Shown piece after piece: positions 9,461 to 19,248 of a stretch of DNA of 64,000 nucleotides. Made by a program: the position numbers and the translations under genes. Position 1 is the stretch's first letter, and each line of letters starts with the position of its first letter. This DNA comes from Ignavibacteriota bacterium. Lineage in GTDB: Bacteria > Bacteroidota > Ignavibacteria > UBA10030. The notes under the pieces were generated by a model. It ran no database searches, was not told the DNA's origin, and worked only from the letters and a program-made list of their open reading frames with translations. Location: positions 3,328,001-3,392,000 of the forward strand of contig OY969585.1 of assembly GCA_963701295.1 (NCBI GenBank), in the 5' to 3' direction.

Positions 9461-11584
9461 TCATTTCAGCAAAACAAGTTTCTTTGTTTCAGTGAACGAA
9501 CCAGCTTGCAACCGATAGAAATAAATGCCGCTGGACAAATCAGACGCATTCCATTTTCGAGAGTAATTTCCAACCTGCATTTCTTCTGACACAAGTGTTG
9601 CTACTTCTCTTCCTATCAAATCAAATACTTTGAGTGATACATACGATTTATAGGGAAGATTGAACGAAATGCTTGTTGATGGATTAAAGGGATTGGGATA
9701 GTTTTGATCAAGGCAATACTTTTGAGCAATATATGCATTGCCGGTTTTCTTTTCATCTACTGATACTGCAAAACCACCATCTGTTGTGTGCAGAATTGTA
9801 CCGTACCATCCCACAACTGTTCCTGTATTAGCAGAGATGAAGGAAACTCCGAAGAGAGTATTGTTTGTTCCACTTGACTGGCTCGTCCAAGTTGTACCAC
9901 CATTCGTTGTGTGCAGAATGGTTCCCCCATCTCCTACTAAAGTCCCTGTGTTCGCATCGCTGAAGCAGATGCCTTCAAGGTCATTCGTTGTACCGCTTGA
10001 TTGCTTCGTCCAAGTTATTCCACCGTTGGTAGTGTGGAGAATTGTTCCACTACTTCCCACGGCAGTTCCTGTGTTTGCATCGGTGAAGGAAACTCCTAAA
10101 AGAGTATTGCTTGTCCCGCTTGACTGGCTTGTCCAACTTGAACCTCCATCGGTAGTACGAAGAATTGTGCCATTGTCGCCCACCACAGCACCATTGCTTA
10201 GATCAGTAAACGAGACACCATAAAATGAATTGATAATTGGAAAATTGGATTTGGTTGTCCACGTTGTACCGCCATTGGTGGTTTGGAGAATTGTTCCGTT
10301 TGTTCCCACAATAGTTCCGAAGTTAACATTGGGAAAGGATATTGCATCGAGAGAATTCGTTGTGTCACTTGATTGCTTCGTCCAAGTTGTTCCTTCATTA
10401 GTGGTGTGGAGAATCGTTCCGCTGCTTCCTACGACAGTCCCGGTATTTGAATCGGTGAAAGAGACTCCTCTAAGCGCAAGCGTTGTGCTACTTGATTGCT
10501 TCGTCCAAGTTATTCCACCGTTGGTAGTGTGGAGAATTGTTCCACTACTTCCCACAGCAGTCCCAATGTTTGCATCTGTAAAGAAAACGCTGTTCAGATG
10601 ATATCGATAGTTATTTATTCCACTTGATTGACTCGTCCAACTTGAACCACCGTTGGTAGAACGAAGAATAATTCCGCCCTCTCCTACAACAGTTCCTGTG
10701 TTTGCATCGGTGAAGGACACAGCATTGAGAGACAGGTTTGTTCCGCTTAATTGGCTCGCCCACGTTGCACCACCGTTTGTAGTGTGGAAAATTATTCCAC
10801 CATTTCCGACGATAGTTCCGGTATTTGCATCGTTGAAGGACACAGCATTGAGAAACAGGCCTGTTCCGATCGACTGGCTCGCCCATGTTGTACCACCGTT
10901 GGTTGTACGAAGAACTGTTCCCATTTCTCCTGTCGCAATTCCAACGTCTGCATTGAGAAACAAGACATCGTATAGAAAAAACGTTGTTCCACTTATCTGG
11001 CTTGTCCACGTTCCGCCGCCATTTGTGGTATGAAGAATCTTTCCTAACATTCCCACAACAGTTGCTGTGTTTGAATCGACGAAGAAGATTTTAAAGAGAA
11101 TATTCGTCGTTCCACTTGACTGGCTCGTCCAAGTTGTACCACCATTCGTTGTGTGCAGAATGGTTCCCCCATCTCCTACTAAAGTCCCTGTGTTCGCATC
11201 GCTGAAGCAGATGCCTTCAAGGTCATTCGTTGTACCGCTTGATTGCTTCGTCCAAGTTATTCCACCGTTGGTAGTGTGGAGAATTGTTCCACTACTTCCC
11301 ACGGCAGTTCCTGTGTTTGCATCGGTGAAGGAAACTCCTAAAAGAGTATTGCTTGTCCCGCTTGACTGGCTTGTCCAACTTGAACCTCCATCGGTAGTAC
11401 GAAGAATTGTGCCATTGTCGCCCACCACAAATCCAGTGTTGGCATCGATGAAGAAAATTGCATCGAGATGATTCCCCTGCGGTAATGGGTTTTGCCAATT
11501 CCATCCGGATTGAGCATGCAAGCTGCAGAAAGATAAAAATATTTTGGAAAGTAGAAGAGCAAAAAAAATGAAAGGATTTTTCAT
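9461..11584 (-). CDS. YCF48/BNR-repeat beta-propeller protein with T9SS type A C-terminal sorting domain (cassette)
   Basis: About 14 repeats of about 41 aa (GTILHTTNGGxTW) and QNYPNPFNP...SGIYFYRL...KKLVLLK; GGAGA RBS before ATG 11584. Confidence 0.88.
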   Translation of the reverse strand: MKNPFIFFALLLSKIFLSFCSLHAQSGWNWQNPLPQGNHLDAIFFIDANTGFVVGDNGTILRTTDGGSSWTSQSSGTSNTLLGVSFTDANTGTAVGSSGTILHTTNGGITWTKQSSGTTNDLEGICFSDANTGTLVGDGGTILHTTNGGTTWTSQSSGTTNILFKIFFVDSNTATVVGMLGKILHTTNGGGTWTSQISGTTFFLYDVLFLNADVGIATGEMGTVLRTTNGGTTWASQSIGTGLFLNAVSFNDANTGTIVGNGGIIFHTTNGGATWASQLSGTNLSLNAVSFTDANTGTVVGEGGIILRSTNGGSSWTSQSSGINNYRYHLNSVFFTDANIGTAVGSSGTILHTTNGGITWTKQSSSTTLALRGVSFTDSNTGTVVGSSGTILHTTNEGTTWTKQSSDTTNSLDAISFPNVNFGTIVGTNGTILQTTNGGTTWTTKSNFPIINSFYGVSFTDLSNGAVVGDNGTILRTTDGGSSWTSQSSGTSNTLLGVSFTDANTGTAVGSSGTILHTTNGGITWTKQSSGTTNDLEGICFSDANTGTLVGDGGTILHTTNGGTTWTSQSSGTNNTLFGVSFISANTGTVVGWYGTILHTTDGGFAVSVDEKKTGNAYIAQKYCLDQNYPNPFNPSTSISFNLPYKSYVSLKVFDLIGREVATLVSEEMQVGNYSRKWNASDLSSGIYFYRLQAGSFTETKKLVLLK
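9867..11429. repeat. Exact 321-bp intragenic direct repeat (9867-10187 and 11109-11429)
   Basis: Read by eye as identical, offset 1242 bp; a shorter third copy at about 10491-10555. Confidence 0.9.
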
Positions 11585-11616
11585 TGCATCTCCTAAATAT
11601 TGACTAAAGGGCAATT

Positions 11617-11650
11617 GCATCCTAACTACTGATTAGATAGAAATTGTTTC
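11617..11650 (-). other. attI-like junction at the head of the array
   Basis: Minus strand TTTCTATCTAATCAGTAG/TTAGGATGC; GTTAGGATGC matches the reverse complement of this cassette's distal end at 8 of 10 positions; no upstream attC-type arm seen. Confidence 0.5.
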
Positions 11651-11981
11651 TCTATCATACAAAAAATGCATGAAACATAGACTTTTAAAAAAAATTTATA
11701 ATTCTTGCGCTCGCCAACAATAAGTACTTACATCTACTAGTGCTACTTCAAATAGGAAATATTGTAATCAAAAAGACACAGTCCCGCGAAAACAGTGCGC
11801 AAACATAACCGAAACACAATTTTATTGAAACGACACTAGATTAAACGGTTTGTCCATTTTCCACATTAAATACCACCCACTGGAAATACCTTATAGTATA
11901 AATATCTGTCTTCCTCTACTTAAAAGCAAGATATCTAGTATTCCTCTACTCATACTTTACACTGGGACGACCTTGCTCTGA

Positions 11982-12449
11982 ATTCCCGTGTGTGCGGGAA
12001 TGGCACAAAACTTTTATTTTCTTTTACATCAGCCGCGAAATCGATAGCTGTAAACAAAATCAGGACAAAGTAACTCCTATTCGATCCTGTATCGGTATCT
12101 TAAACGAACTTCCTTTCTAGTCCGTTATAGTAATTCACTCTTAAGATTATATATTTCGATTCCGTCCGACTGCCGGTCGGCAGTCAAGATCTCGACTCTA
12201 TCAAGACGAGACTTCAACGAAGTTGGGCAGAACTTTCTGCCTGTCCTTCACTTCGCGTTTTTGCGTCGCACTGTTGTTAAGCGAGATTAAGGAGAGATGT
12301 CGAGATGCACGATTAGTTCATTGAGACAGCTTGCCCGCCGTGCTTTTCTTTTGGTGGGAGGGGTCGCTTTGCGCTCAAAGAAAGCGACGTTAAGTTTATA
12401 TTCAAAAATTTTAGAGTAAGATTCCCGTTCCCCGTTTTCACGGGAATGA
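11982..12449. repeat. Two dRS3/REP-like palindromes, (A/G)TTCCC-N8-GGGAAT
   Basis: ATTCCCGTGTGTGCGGGAAT at 11982-12001 and GTTCCCGTTTTCACGGGAATGAC at 12427-12449. Confidence 0.6.
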
Positions 12450-12496
12450 CTTGAATGTTGACGTGTGATTTGCTGGATGAGTCGCGAACAGGCAAA

Positions 12497-13303
12497 CTAC
12501 TTAACAGCAATTCCTTTGAAAAAAGTGTAATTGAAAGTACCATTTTCTCCAGCCGTGACATGCAAATCTGCAATTCCCTGTTCCCATGTCTTGAGATCGA
12601 TCATTCCGTTCTTGAGTGCCTGGTCTTTAGCCCCTTCCACCATTGTGTTAAATGTGTTTTTTGTAAATCCATCGACCCATTCCGGCCTGCTCGAATCTAC
12701 ATAAACTTGTCGTGGTGTTATATGAATGTCCCTGAACCCCGCTTGCTTTATTAATGGATACAGTTGCCGTCCGATGAAGGCATTTCCTCCCATATCCGAC
12801 TGAACTTTCACCAAACAATCGATCGCTTGTTGAGCGAATTGGCTCTCAGGGTAAAAATAAGCCGACCCATGATCGCCTTCTATAACTGTGATAGTACCTC
12901 CGGGTTTTAAAACCATCTTCAGTTGCTTCAACGCTTCAAGCGGCTTTCGAAGATGCTCCAGGAGAAAGCAAACGAAAACATGATCAAACCAATCCGCTTC
13001 AAAAGGAAGATGGAAAACATCAGCTGTACAAAATTTCACATTCGATAAACCTTGTTGTTCAATGGAGGTTCGAGCAGTTTCAAGAGACACAGGTGAAACA
13101 TCGATTGATGTAAAATGTGCTTCCGGGCTCTTTTGAGCCAGGATGATCGTTTGTGCTCCTACACCGCATCCGGCTTCAAGCACGTTGTTCCCTGCCGGAT
13201 AGAACGTGTCGTGATGTAACAATTCTGCCAATACATTTGCTTGGTATTTGAGACGTTCGTGTTCCCTGTCAGAGTAGCCGTGAACATAGTCGTGTGATTT
13301 CAT
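12497..13303 (-). CDS. Class I SAM-dependent methyltransferase
   Basis: VLEAGCGVG motif I, FDHVF, LKPGG. Confidence 0.9.
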   Translation of the reverse strand: MKSHDYVHGYSDREHERLKYQANVLAELLHHDTFYPAGNNVLEAGCGVGAQTIILAQKSPEAHFTSIDVSPVSLETARTSIEQQGLSNVKFCTADVFHLPFEADWFDHVFVCFLLEHLRKPLEALKQLKMVLKPGGTITVIEGDHGSAYFYPESQFAQQAIDCLVKVQSDMGGNAFIGRQLYPLIKQAGFRDIHITPRQVYVDSSRPEWVDGFTKNTFNTMVEGAKDQALKNGMIDLKTWEQGIADLHVTAGENGTFNYTFFKGIAVK

Positions 13304-13408
13304 TCTTCCTCGTAATAATATATGATGGAAATAAACTTCAGATTAGACGGACGTTATTTCTTGTTGTTCCAATAGAGAATTAGGAATCAACATTTTATGG
13401 AGGGCAGC

Positions 13409-14650
13409 TTACTCGTACCGCAGCGATTCAACCGGATCTACACTTGCTGCTTTACGTGCAGGAAACACTCCTGCTGCAAGTCCTATAGCGGTCAAAATGC
13501 CAACAGTAATCAATACAAGAGAGATGGAGAGAACGGGCCGTCCGACGAATTGCATCGCCCCTTCTTCTGCAGGAATCATCCAAACGATGGAAACTACAGC
13601 ATAACAGAAGAGAATTCCAATGGCACCGCCTGACAGCGATAACAGTAATGATTCAAAAATAAATTGCGATAAAATATAGCTTCGTCGTGCACCAACAGCC
13701 AATTTGATACCAATTTCTTTCGTACGTTCTTTGACGACCACATACATCACATTGGCAACTCCTACACCCGCAATGACAAGTGTAAGAAAACCGATAGAAA
13801 AAAGGAAAATTGAAACACCAAGCCCAATTTTTTGACTTATCTTTTCGGCTTCAATAAAATCCCAGACGAAAAGCGCTCGTTCATCTTTCGGATCGAATCG
13901 ATACTTTCTTCCAAGGACATCATAGAGTGAACTTTTCACAAACTCTTGCCGAGTCGGATCGCTAGGTTGAAGGACTATCGAGTTGACAAATTCATTTCCG
14001 TACGATGTCCGAAACGTTGTATATGGAATGATGGCACGGCGCGTGTCAGGGCCATTGTTCATTGCTGTTTGAACTTTTTTTTGAATGAGGCCGACCACAG
14101 TATAAGGAACACCATCGAGAAGGATGCCTTTCCCTATCGGATCCTCATCCTTAAATATATCTTTTGCAATCGCCGTTCCGAGAACCAGGACCCTCCGCTG
14201 ACGGTTCACATCAACGTCATTGAGGAATCGGCCGCCTCCGGACGGGTACATCCGGCGCATTTCTTCAAAGCATGGATTCACGCCTTCACATTCCGCCGTG
14301 ATAGAAAATTTTCCATACGTGAGGGTGACATTATTCCGATATTGCGGAGAGATCATCCCAATTCCCATTACTGTTTTGGTGATAAGGTCAACGTCCTCTT
14401 CAACAAATCGAATTTTTCTTCCTTTCGGCAGCCCTTGATACACCAGCCCCGTTTCACCGCCGTATATTATAATAATACGATTTCCAGCGTTCATCATCCC
14501 TTTGAGCATTTGAGTTCCCAGCCCTTCGCCAAAGGAAAGCAGAAGAACTACAGCGATTGTTCCCCATGTGATAGCGATCAGTGTTAAGGTTGCACGAGTG
14601 CGGTGTGCACGAAGATCGGAAATGAAATCTTTGAATAGTTCGAAAAACAT
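13409..14650 (-). CDS. MacB/FtsX-like ABC permease
   Basis: MacB periplasmic core, GVANVMYVVVKERTKEIGIKLAVGA, PARKAASVDPVESLRYE. Confidence 0.92.
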   Translation of the reverse strand: MFFELFKDFISDLRAHRTRATLTLIAITWGTIAVVLLLSFGEGLGTQMLKGMMNAGNRIIIIYGGETGLVYQGLPKGRKIRFVEEDVDLITKTVMGIGMISPQYRNNVTLTYGKFSITAECEGVNPCFEEMRRMYPSGGGRFLNDVDVNRQRRVLVLGTAIAKDIFKDEDPIGKGILLDGVPYTVVGLIQKKVQTAMNNGPDTRRAIIPYTTFRTSYGNEFVNSIVLQPSDPTRQEFVKSSLYDVLGRKYRFDPKDERALFVWDFIEAEKISQKIGLGVSIFLFSIGFLTLVIAGVGVANVMYVVVKERTKEIGIKLAVGARRSYILSQFIFESLLLSLSGGAIGILFCYAVVSIVWMIPAEEGAMQFVGRPVLSISLVLITVGILTAIGLAAGVFPARKAASVDPVESLRYE

Positions 14651-14686
14651 ATCTGTTTCTTTAAATACTTTTGATAAACCCTGCAG

Positions 14687-15919
14687 CTATGTCCGCAAAC
14701 ACTCGACGACATCAATATTGGATGCCCGGCGCGCAGGCATAAGTCCGGACAGCAATCCCACAGTGATAAGAACAAAAATTGTTACTCCCACAACTTCGAA
14801 AGACAACTCGGGTATCCCTACATACTCTTTGATAGGCATCATGCTCAGGAGTGCAACGATTCCATACGAGATCATAAAACCGATCGCTGACCCCGTAAAG
14901 ACAATAAAGAATGTCTCTGAAAAGAATTGAAACAAAATATTCGTTTTCGTTGCTCCAACTGCACGCTTCACTCCGATTTCTTTTATCCGTTCCTGTACAA
15001 CAATGAACATGATGTTTGCTACTCCAAGCCCAGCGACACCAAGTGTGAAACTGCCTATAAGTCCTAAGAAAATATTGATCCCAAGAAACATATAGAATGA
15101 GAGACGATCGAATTGAGTTGTATCCCAGATCCAGACGGCATCTTCATCTGTGGGATCGAATTTATACCGCTTGCTGAGCACCGTCCGTACTTCTTTTGTC
15201 GTCTGTTCTCCCAGCCGTGGATCTTTGATCTGGTAAATGATATCGCTGAGATGGATTGTACCGTAGATCGAAGCAAAAGTTGATATTGGTATGAAAATCC
15301 GATCCTGATCGCGGCTATTATAGGAAGAGGGCTGCGTTTTTTTTTGCATAACACCTATGATCATAAATGGAACCTGACCGATAAAAACCGTCTTACCGAT
15401 AACATTCTGGTCTCCAAAGAGTAATTCTTTCACCTTATCGCCGATGACAGCGACGCGTCGCCGATCCTGAAGATCCAGAATATTGATAAAGCGCCCTCCC
15501 GCTTCAGGAATGATATTCCGCATATCACTGTAGACAACGTTCACTCCTGAAATGGTTGGATTCAAAATGTTCTCACCAACTCGTGCAGTTGTCTGTCGAG
15601 AAAACTCAGGACTAATAGCAAAGACATTGGGTACTTGTGATGCAATGAGTTTTGTATCTTCTTCGATGTACGATATAGGCCTTCCGATCCCGTATCCTGC
15701 CCATGGTTTTGTCGTCTTCCCTGGAAACATGATGGCAATTCCTTCTCCGATGCCGTGCATATTCGCCGCAGTTTGCTTCTTGAATCCGACACCGAACGCT
15801 ACGAGCACAACAATAGCGACGGTTCCCCAGATGATTCCGAACATCGTCAGAAATGCCCGGAGCTTCTGCGCCCGAAGGTCAACAATGAATTCTGAAATGA
15901 CTGTGCGAAATTTTTCCAT
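14687..15919 (-). CDS. MacB/FtsX-like ABC permease
   Basis: GVANIMFIVVQERIKEIGVKRAVGA, PARRAS. Confidence 0.92.
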   Translation of the reverse strand: MEKFRTVISEFIVDLRAQKLRAFLTMFGIIWGTVAIVVLVAFGVGFKKQTAANMHGIGEGIAIMFPGKTTKPWAGYGIGRPISYIEEDTKLIASQVPNVFAISPEFSRQTTARVGENILNPTISGVNVVYSDMRNIIPEAGGRFINILDLQDRRRVAVIGDKVKELLFGDQNVIGKTVFIGQVPFMIIGVMQKKTQPSSYNSRDQDRIFIPISTFASIYGTIHLSDIIYQIKDPRLGEQTTKEVRTVLSKRYKFDPTDEDAVWIWDTTQFDRLSFYMFLGINIFLGLIGSFTLGVAGLGVANIMFIVVQERIKEIGVKRAVGATKTNILFQFFSETFFIVFTGSAIGFMISYGIVALLSMMPIKEYVGIPELSFEVVGVTIFVLITVGLLSGLMPARRASNIDVVECLRT

Positions 15920-15937
15920 CGTTTCTTTGAAGAATTC

Positions 15938-17035
15938 TCAGTCGATCTTTTTCACCGGCTTTTCAAATATTTCGTCTCCTTCTTTCAAACCAGAGACAAT
16001 TTCGATATTAATTGCATCGCTGAGTCCGGTCTTGATGCACCGCTTCTCATCTTTTTGCCCACTGAAAGCAACATTCACGAACGCAGAATCGTTGCTGAAT
16101 GTGATAACTCGCTCAGGAATCGTCAGTACATTAGTTTTCTTTTGAATGATAATGCTGGCGTTCGCAGAATAACCGGCACGGAGAATGGTATTCTTTGAGG
16201 CAGGAACAATAATTTCGATCGGGAAAACCGTCGCATTATCTTTCTTTTCTGCTTTCAGCCAGATCTTTCGGAGAATTCCCCGTACAGTATCACTCGGTAA
16301 AGCCCCTACTTTGATCTCAACATCCATGCCTTCTTTCATTTTTCCGACATCGATCTCATCGACAGTACCCTTGAAGACAAGCCGATCCATATTTGCCATT
16401 TTCATCAATACCGTTCCGTCCTGATAGGGTGTCATTGGAGTGATGGGATCGCCGACCTCAATAGTCCGATTGAGGACATAGCCCGATATAGGAGCTTTCA
16501 CAATAGACTCAATTTCGGTATCTCCGATCTTAATTCTTCCGCTTTCCATCAAAGCGAGTTTTTCTTCAGCTATTTTTAAATGAAGCCCGGACTCCTCATA
16601 CTGTGTTTCGAAATCTTCAAAATCTTTATCCGAAATGAGTTTATTTTTGATCATACTGTCCTGACGCACCTTCTGTTTCTTGAAGTTGTTCAAATCCACC
16701 TGGCTAAGCTGCACTTGCCGTTTTGCATCGGCAAGATCGACCGGCGCCGGATCAGGCTTTACTTCCAGAAGCGGCTGGCCAATCTTCACATATTCACCCA
16801 CATCCACATAAATGTGACTTATGACTCCGGATATTATCGATTTTACAGAAATTTCATTTTCTGGTTCGATTGTTCCGACGGCAAGTGCTTTATCAACAAT
16901 GGTTCCTTTGGTCACTTTGACCTTTGGCCGATCGTTTTGGTCGGAAGATTTATTGCTGCCAAAGAAAAGAAAAGCCGCGCCGCCTATTACGATAACGACA
17001 ATCGAAGAGAGGATAATTTTCTTTTTCATAGTCAT
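15938..17035 (-). CDS. MacA-like periplasmic adaptor subunit
   Basis: N-terminal anchor, GTIEP, APISG, VDEIDVGK; start placed at MTMKKK. Confidence 0.88.
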   Translation of the reverse strand: MTMKKKIILSSIVVIVIGGAAFLFFGSNKSSDQNDRPKVKVTKGTIVDKALAVGTIEPENEISVKSIISGVISHIYVDVGEYVKIGQPLLEVKPDPAPVDLADAKRQVQLSQVDLNNFKKQKVRQDSMIKNKLISDKDFEDFETQYEESGLHLKIAEEKLALMESGRIKIGDTEIESIVKAPISGYVLNRTIEVGDPITPMTPYQDGTVLMKMANMDRLVFKGTVDEIDVGKMKEGMDVEIKVGALPSDTVRGILRKIWLKAEKKDNATVFPIEIIVPASKNTILRAGYSANASIIIQKKTNVLTIPERVITFSNDSAFVNVAFSGQKDEKRCIKTGLSDAINIEIVSGLKEGDEIFEKPVKKID

Positions 17036-17106
17036 TGGACGGAAGTGTTTAGTATAACTGATTGTGCTGTTTAATTTCAAAAATCTTCTAAAGAATGTAC
17101 CTAAGA

Positions 17107-17132
17107 TACGTTATTGTGAAGTCTTAAGTTGC
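17107..17132 (-). promoter_or_regulatory. Putative ECF-sigma promoter for the MacAB-like operon
   Basis: Minus strand GCAAC-N17-CGTA. Confidence 0.5.
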
Positions 17133-17310
17133 TACATCCTCAAAATTTCTTTATTCAAATGAAGGGCAGTCGTTTCCGTTATCTTTGACTTTCAGATGTT
17201 CAAAAAGGTTGTGAGAAAACGACCGTTATTACAGCCGTTTGTTTTTTGATACAAAAGAGCACATCCGGCATCGATAACCCAGCACAGGAGAATAGAAGTG
17301 ACTTTGTTCT

Positions 17311-17601
17311 TTATTTCTTTATTTGTTTTAGTATTGCTTTTCTTTTGTCCGTAAAATGCCACCAGGGCAATGCCGTACCGTCGTTTACAAAACTTATTGC
17401 GGACATAAATACATCGACAACGCACGGATCCTGCCTTTTTCCTTTAAGGCTGCAAAGCGTATAATAAAGAGCAATCGCATCTTTACCGCGAAGATCCTCC
17501 GGCGTGTGTATTCCGAGAAACTTAAGGTCTGCTTTAATGGATTTCCCTATATTTGGCAAATCACTAAGTTCTTTTACATTTTTAAATGTCTTTTTGGCCA
17601 T
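17311..17601 (-). CDS. Helix-hairpin-helix protein, Cdd1/mitomycin-resistance-like
   Basis: LPNIGKSI...LGI...DPCVVDVF...PWW. Confidence 0.85.
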   Translation of the reverse strand: MAKKTFKNVKELSDLPNIGKSIKADLKFLGIHTPEDLRGKDAIALYYTLCSLKGKRQDPCVVDVFMSAISFVNDGTALPWWHFTDKRKAILKQIKK

Positions 17602-17652
17602 ATGGTTTCTTTGCTTTATCTATCATGCATGTGGAGTACAAATGACATACTA

Positions 17653-18156
17653 TCACATCTGTTCTATTTGCCGGAGATGATGCTGAAGATGCCCCAAATA
17701 ATCAACGACAATATATCCGATTGTCAACGGTTCGCCGGAACCAATCGTGCATGGGATCAGTAAACATTCTGTCGGCATGTGGTTGAGAATGTGTGCGAGA
17801 TGGATATTATATACCTTCCAAAAAGCCAGCAATTCTTTCCATGTGCGTGAGCCGTACTGTTGTATGTTTACCCACTCTTTCTGTTCATAAGAAGGAAGGT
17901 TTATGGTTTTCAAATACTGTGCACGGACGAAACGCTGATGGTTGTTGGAAGCGGAGTCTATGAGATGTCCTAGAATTTCTTTACGTGACCATTTACCTGA
18001 TTGGGGTTTCATAGACGTTTTTGCTTCATCCATATTTTCAAAGCGCCCGGCAAAATCTTCAACAGTCTTTCTGATCCCATCGGCAATCTTTCCCGGAATC
18101 GTGGATTGATCTTCAAGAATATCAATGAAATGTTCAATTGGATATTTTGTTTTCAT
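17653..18156 (-). CDS. DinB family protein
   Basis: KWSRKEILGHLIDSA...NNHQRFVRAQ...DYLGHLQHHL; start uncertain. Confidence 0.88.
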   Translation of the reverse strand: MKTKYPIEHFIDILEDQSTIPGKIADGIRKTVEDFAGRFENMDEAKTSMKPQSGKWSRKEILGHLIDSASNNHQRFVRAQYLKTINLPSYEQKEWVNIQQYGSRTWKELLAFWKVYNIHLAHILNHMPTECLLIPCTIGSGEPLTIGYIVVDYLGHLQHHLRQIEQM

Positions 18157-18198
18157 AAAGCCTTTCGTAGTAACAATACCAGACAACTATTTTCAAAA

Positions 18199-18606
18199 TC
18201 ACCTTACTCCCTTAGTGTCAAGATATTGTGAATATTTCTTATCAATGACGAGAACGTGATCGTAATACCACTTTGCCAGAAATGCAACCATTTCTTTCTG
18301 CTTTTCCGGTCCCTTCTCTTTTATTTCTTGTGTCATCGTCGTTACTTTTTTGATGAAATCAAGATGTTTCCCGATGTGCGATGGTAAATCCGGATACAGG
18401 TGTTTGATCATGTACCGCTCTTCGGTCGCAAAATGTCTGTACGCGTGGTGGATAAGAGAATCAACGATGGAAGATGTTGCTTGCCATTCATTTTTCTTTT
18501 CAACGGATGTGACGATTTGGTTGAAGATGTCTAATAATACTTTGTGCTGCTCATCGATCTCCTGCACATCGATTTTGAACTGTTCTTTCCATTGTATCGG
18601 CTGCAT
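18199..18606 (-). CDS. Bacteriohemerythrin
   Basis: IDEQH, HFATEE, HIGKH, WYYDHVLVIDKKY. Confidence 0.92.
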   Translation of the reverse strand: MQPIQWKEQFKIDVQEIDEQHKVLLDIFNQIVTSVEKKNEWQATSSIVDSLIHHAYRHFATEERYMIKHLYPDLPSHIGKHLDFIKKVTTMTQEIKEKGPEKQKEMVAFLAKWYYDHVLVIDKKYSQYLDTKGVR

Positions 18607-19248
18607 TCCAAACCCTCCTTGTTCAAGTTCTTTCCTGTAGTTTTGGGATTGTATGACAATACTTTTATTGTAAGAGAGCTCTTCTCATAATATTTCTTAT
18701 TCTGTTTTCTCATCCTCTATTTCTCATTTTTCATCTTTTACACTTTACTCTTCACTTTACAATCCTTACCAATTTACCTTTACTTAAGAATATAATAATT
18801 TTTGATTCAAGTTCGATGCATTGGGGAAAGACCTGTTTAGTTGCACTCAGTCAATCTATCATACTTATAACGCATGAATAATAGACTCGCATAAATGTTT
18901 TTTCATAAAATACTCAGTGCCACTAAAATTTGACGATGACGCAATGAAGAGCTGGTTTTCTGTGATGAATGTATCGGTTTTCTTTGGGGAAAGCAAGGGA
19001 AGAGACAGTCCATAACTATAAGTTATCAAGAGAGGCGGGCATCCAGCTTTAAGGTTCCACAAATACAGAAAGTGTGAAGTGTAAAGCGAACGAGCAGCAG
19101 CAATATCTATCATGCCATTTTCCCCTATGATGGCACGTCCAATATCAAATAGTGTTCAGGGAATGATATAAATTTGCGAGTGAATTGACAAAATCAATTC
19201 TTGTTTTGTGCAGACTTATTGAGCATCGCGCAAAATGTGTTTATCCTC

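Larger units (their letters stand above)
5607..11650 (-). mobile_element. Integron-like gene cassette array without integrase (CALIN-like)
   Basis: Five co-oriented unrelated ORFs, TAAC...GTT-bounded palindromic spacers, complementary cassette ends, attI-like site at 11617-11650; no tyrosine recombinase ORF in the window. Confidence 0.75.

Noticed and set aside
9867-11429. Repeat pair as a DGR template/variable region
   Set aside because: No adenine-specific mismatches, both copies are in-frame coding, and there is no reverse transcriptase in the window.
9780-11470. 123-bp periodic repeats as a CRISPR array
   Set aside because: They are codon-phased propeller blades within one ORF; no cas genes.
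19022-19040. TTATCAAGAGAGGCGG resembles the 5' end of a SAM-I riboswitch
   Set aside because: The following AGGGA..GGCCC..GAA and GCAACC elements are absent, and no plus-strand gene follows.
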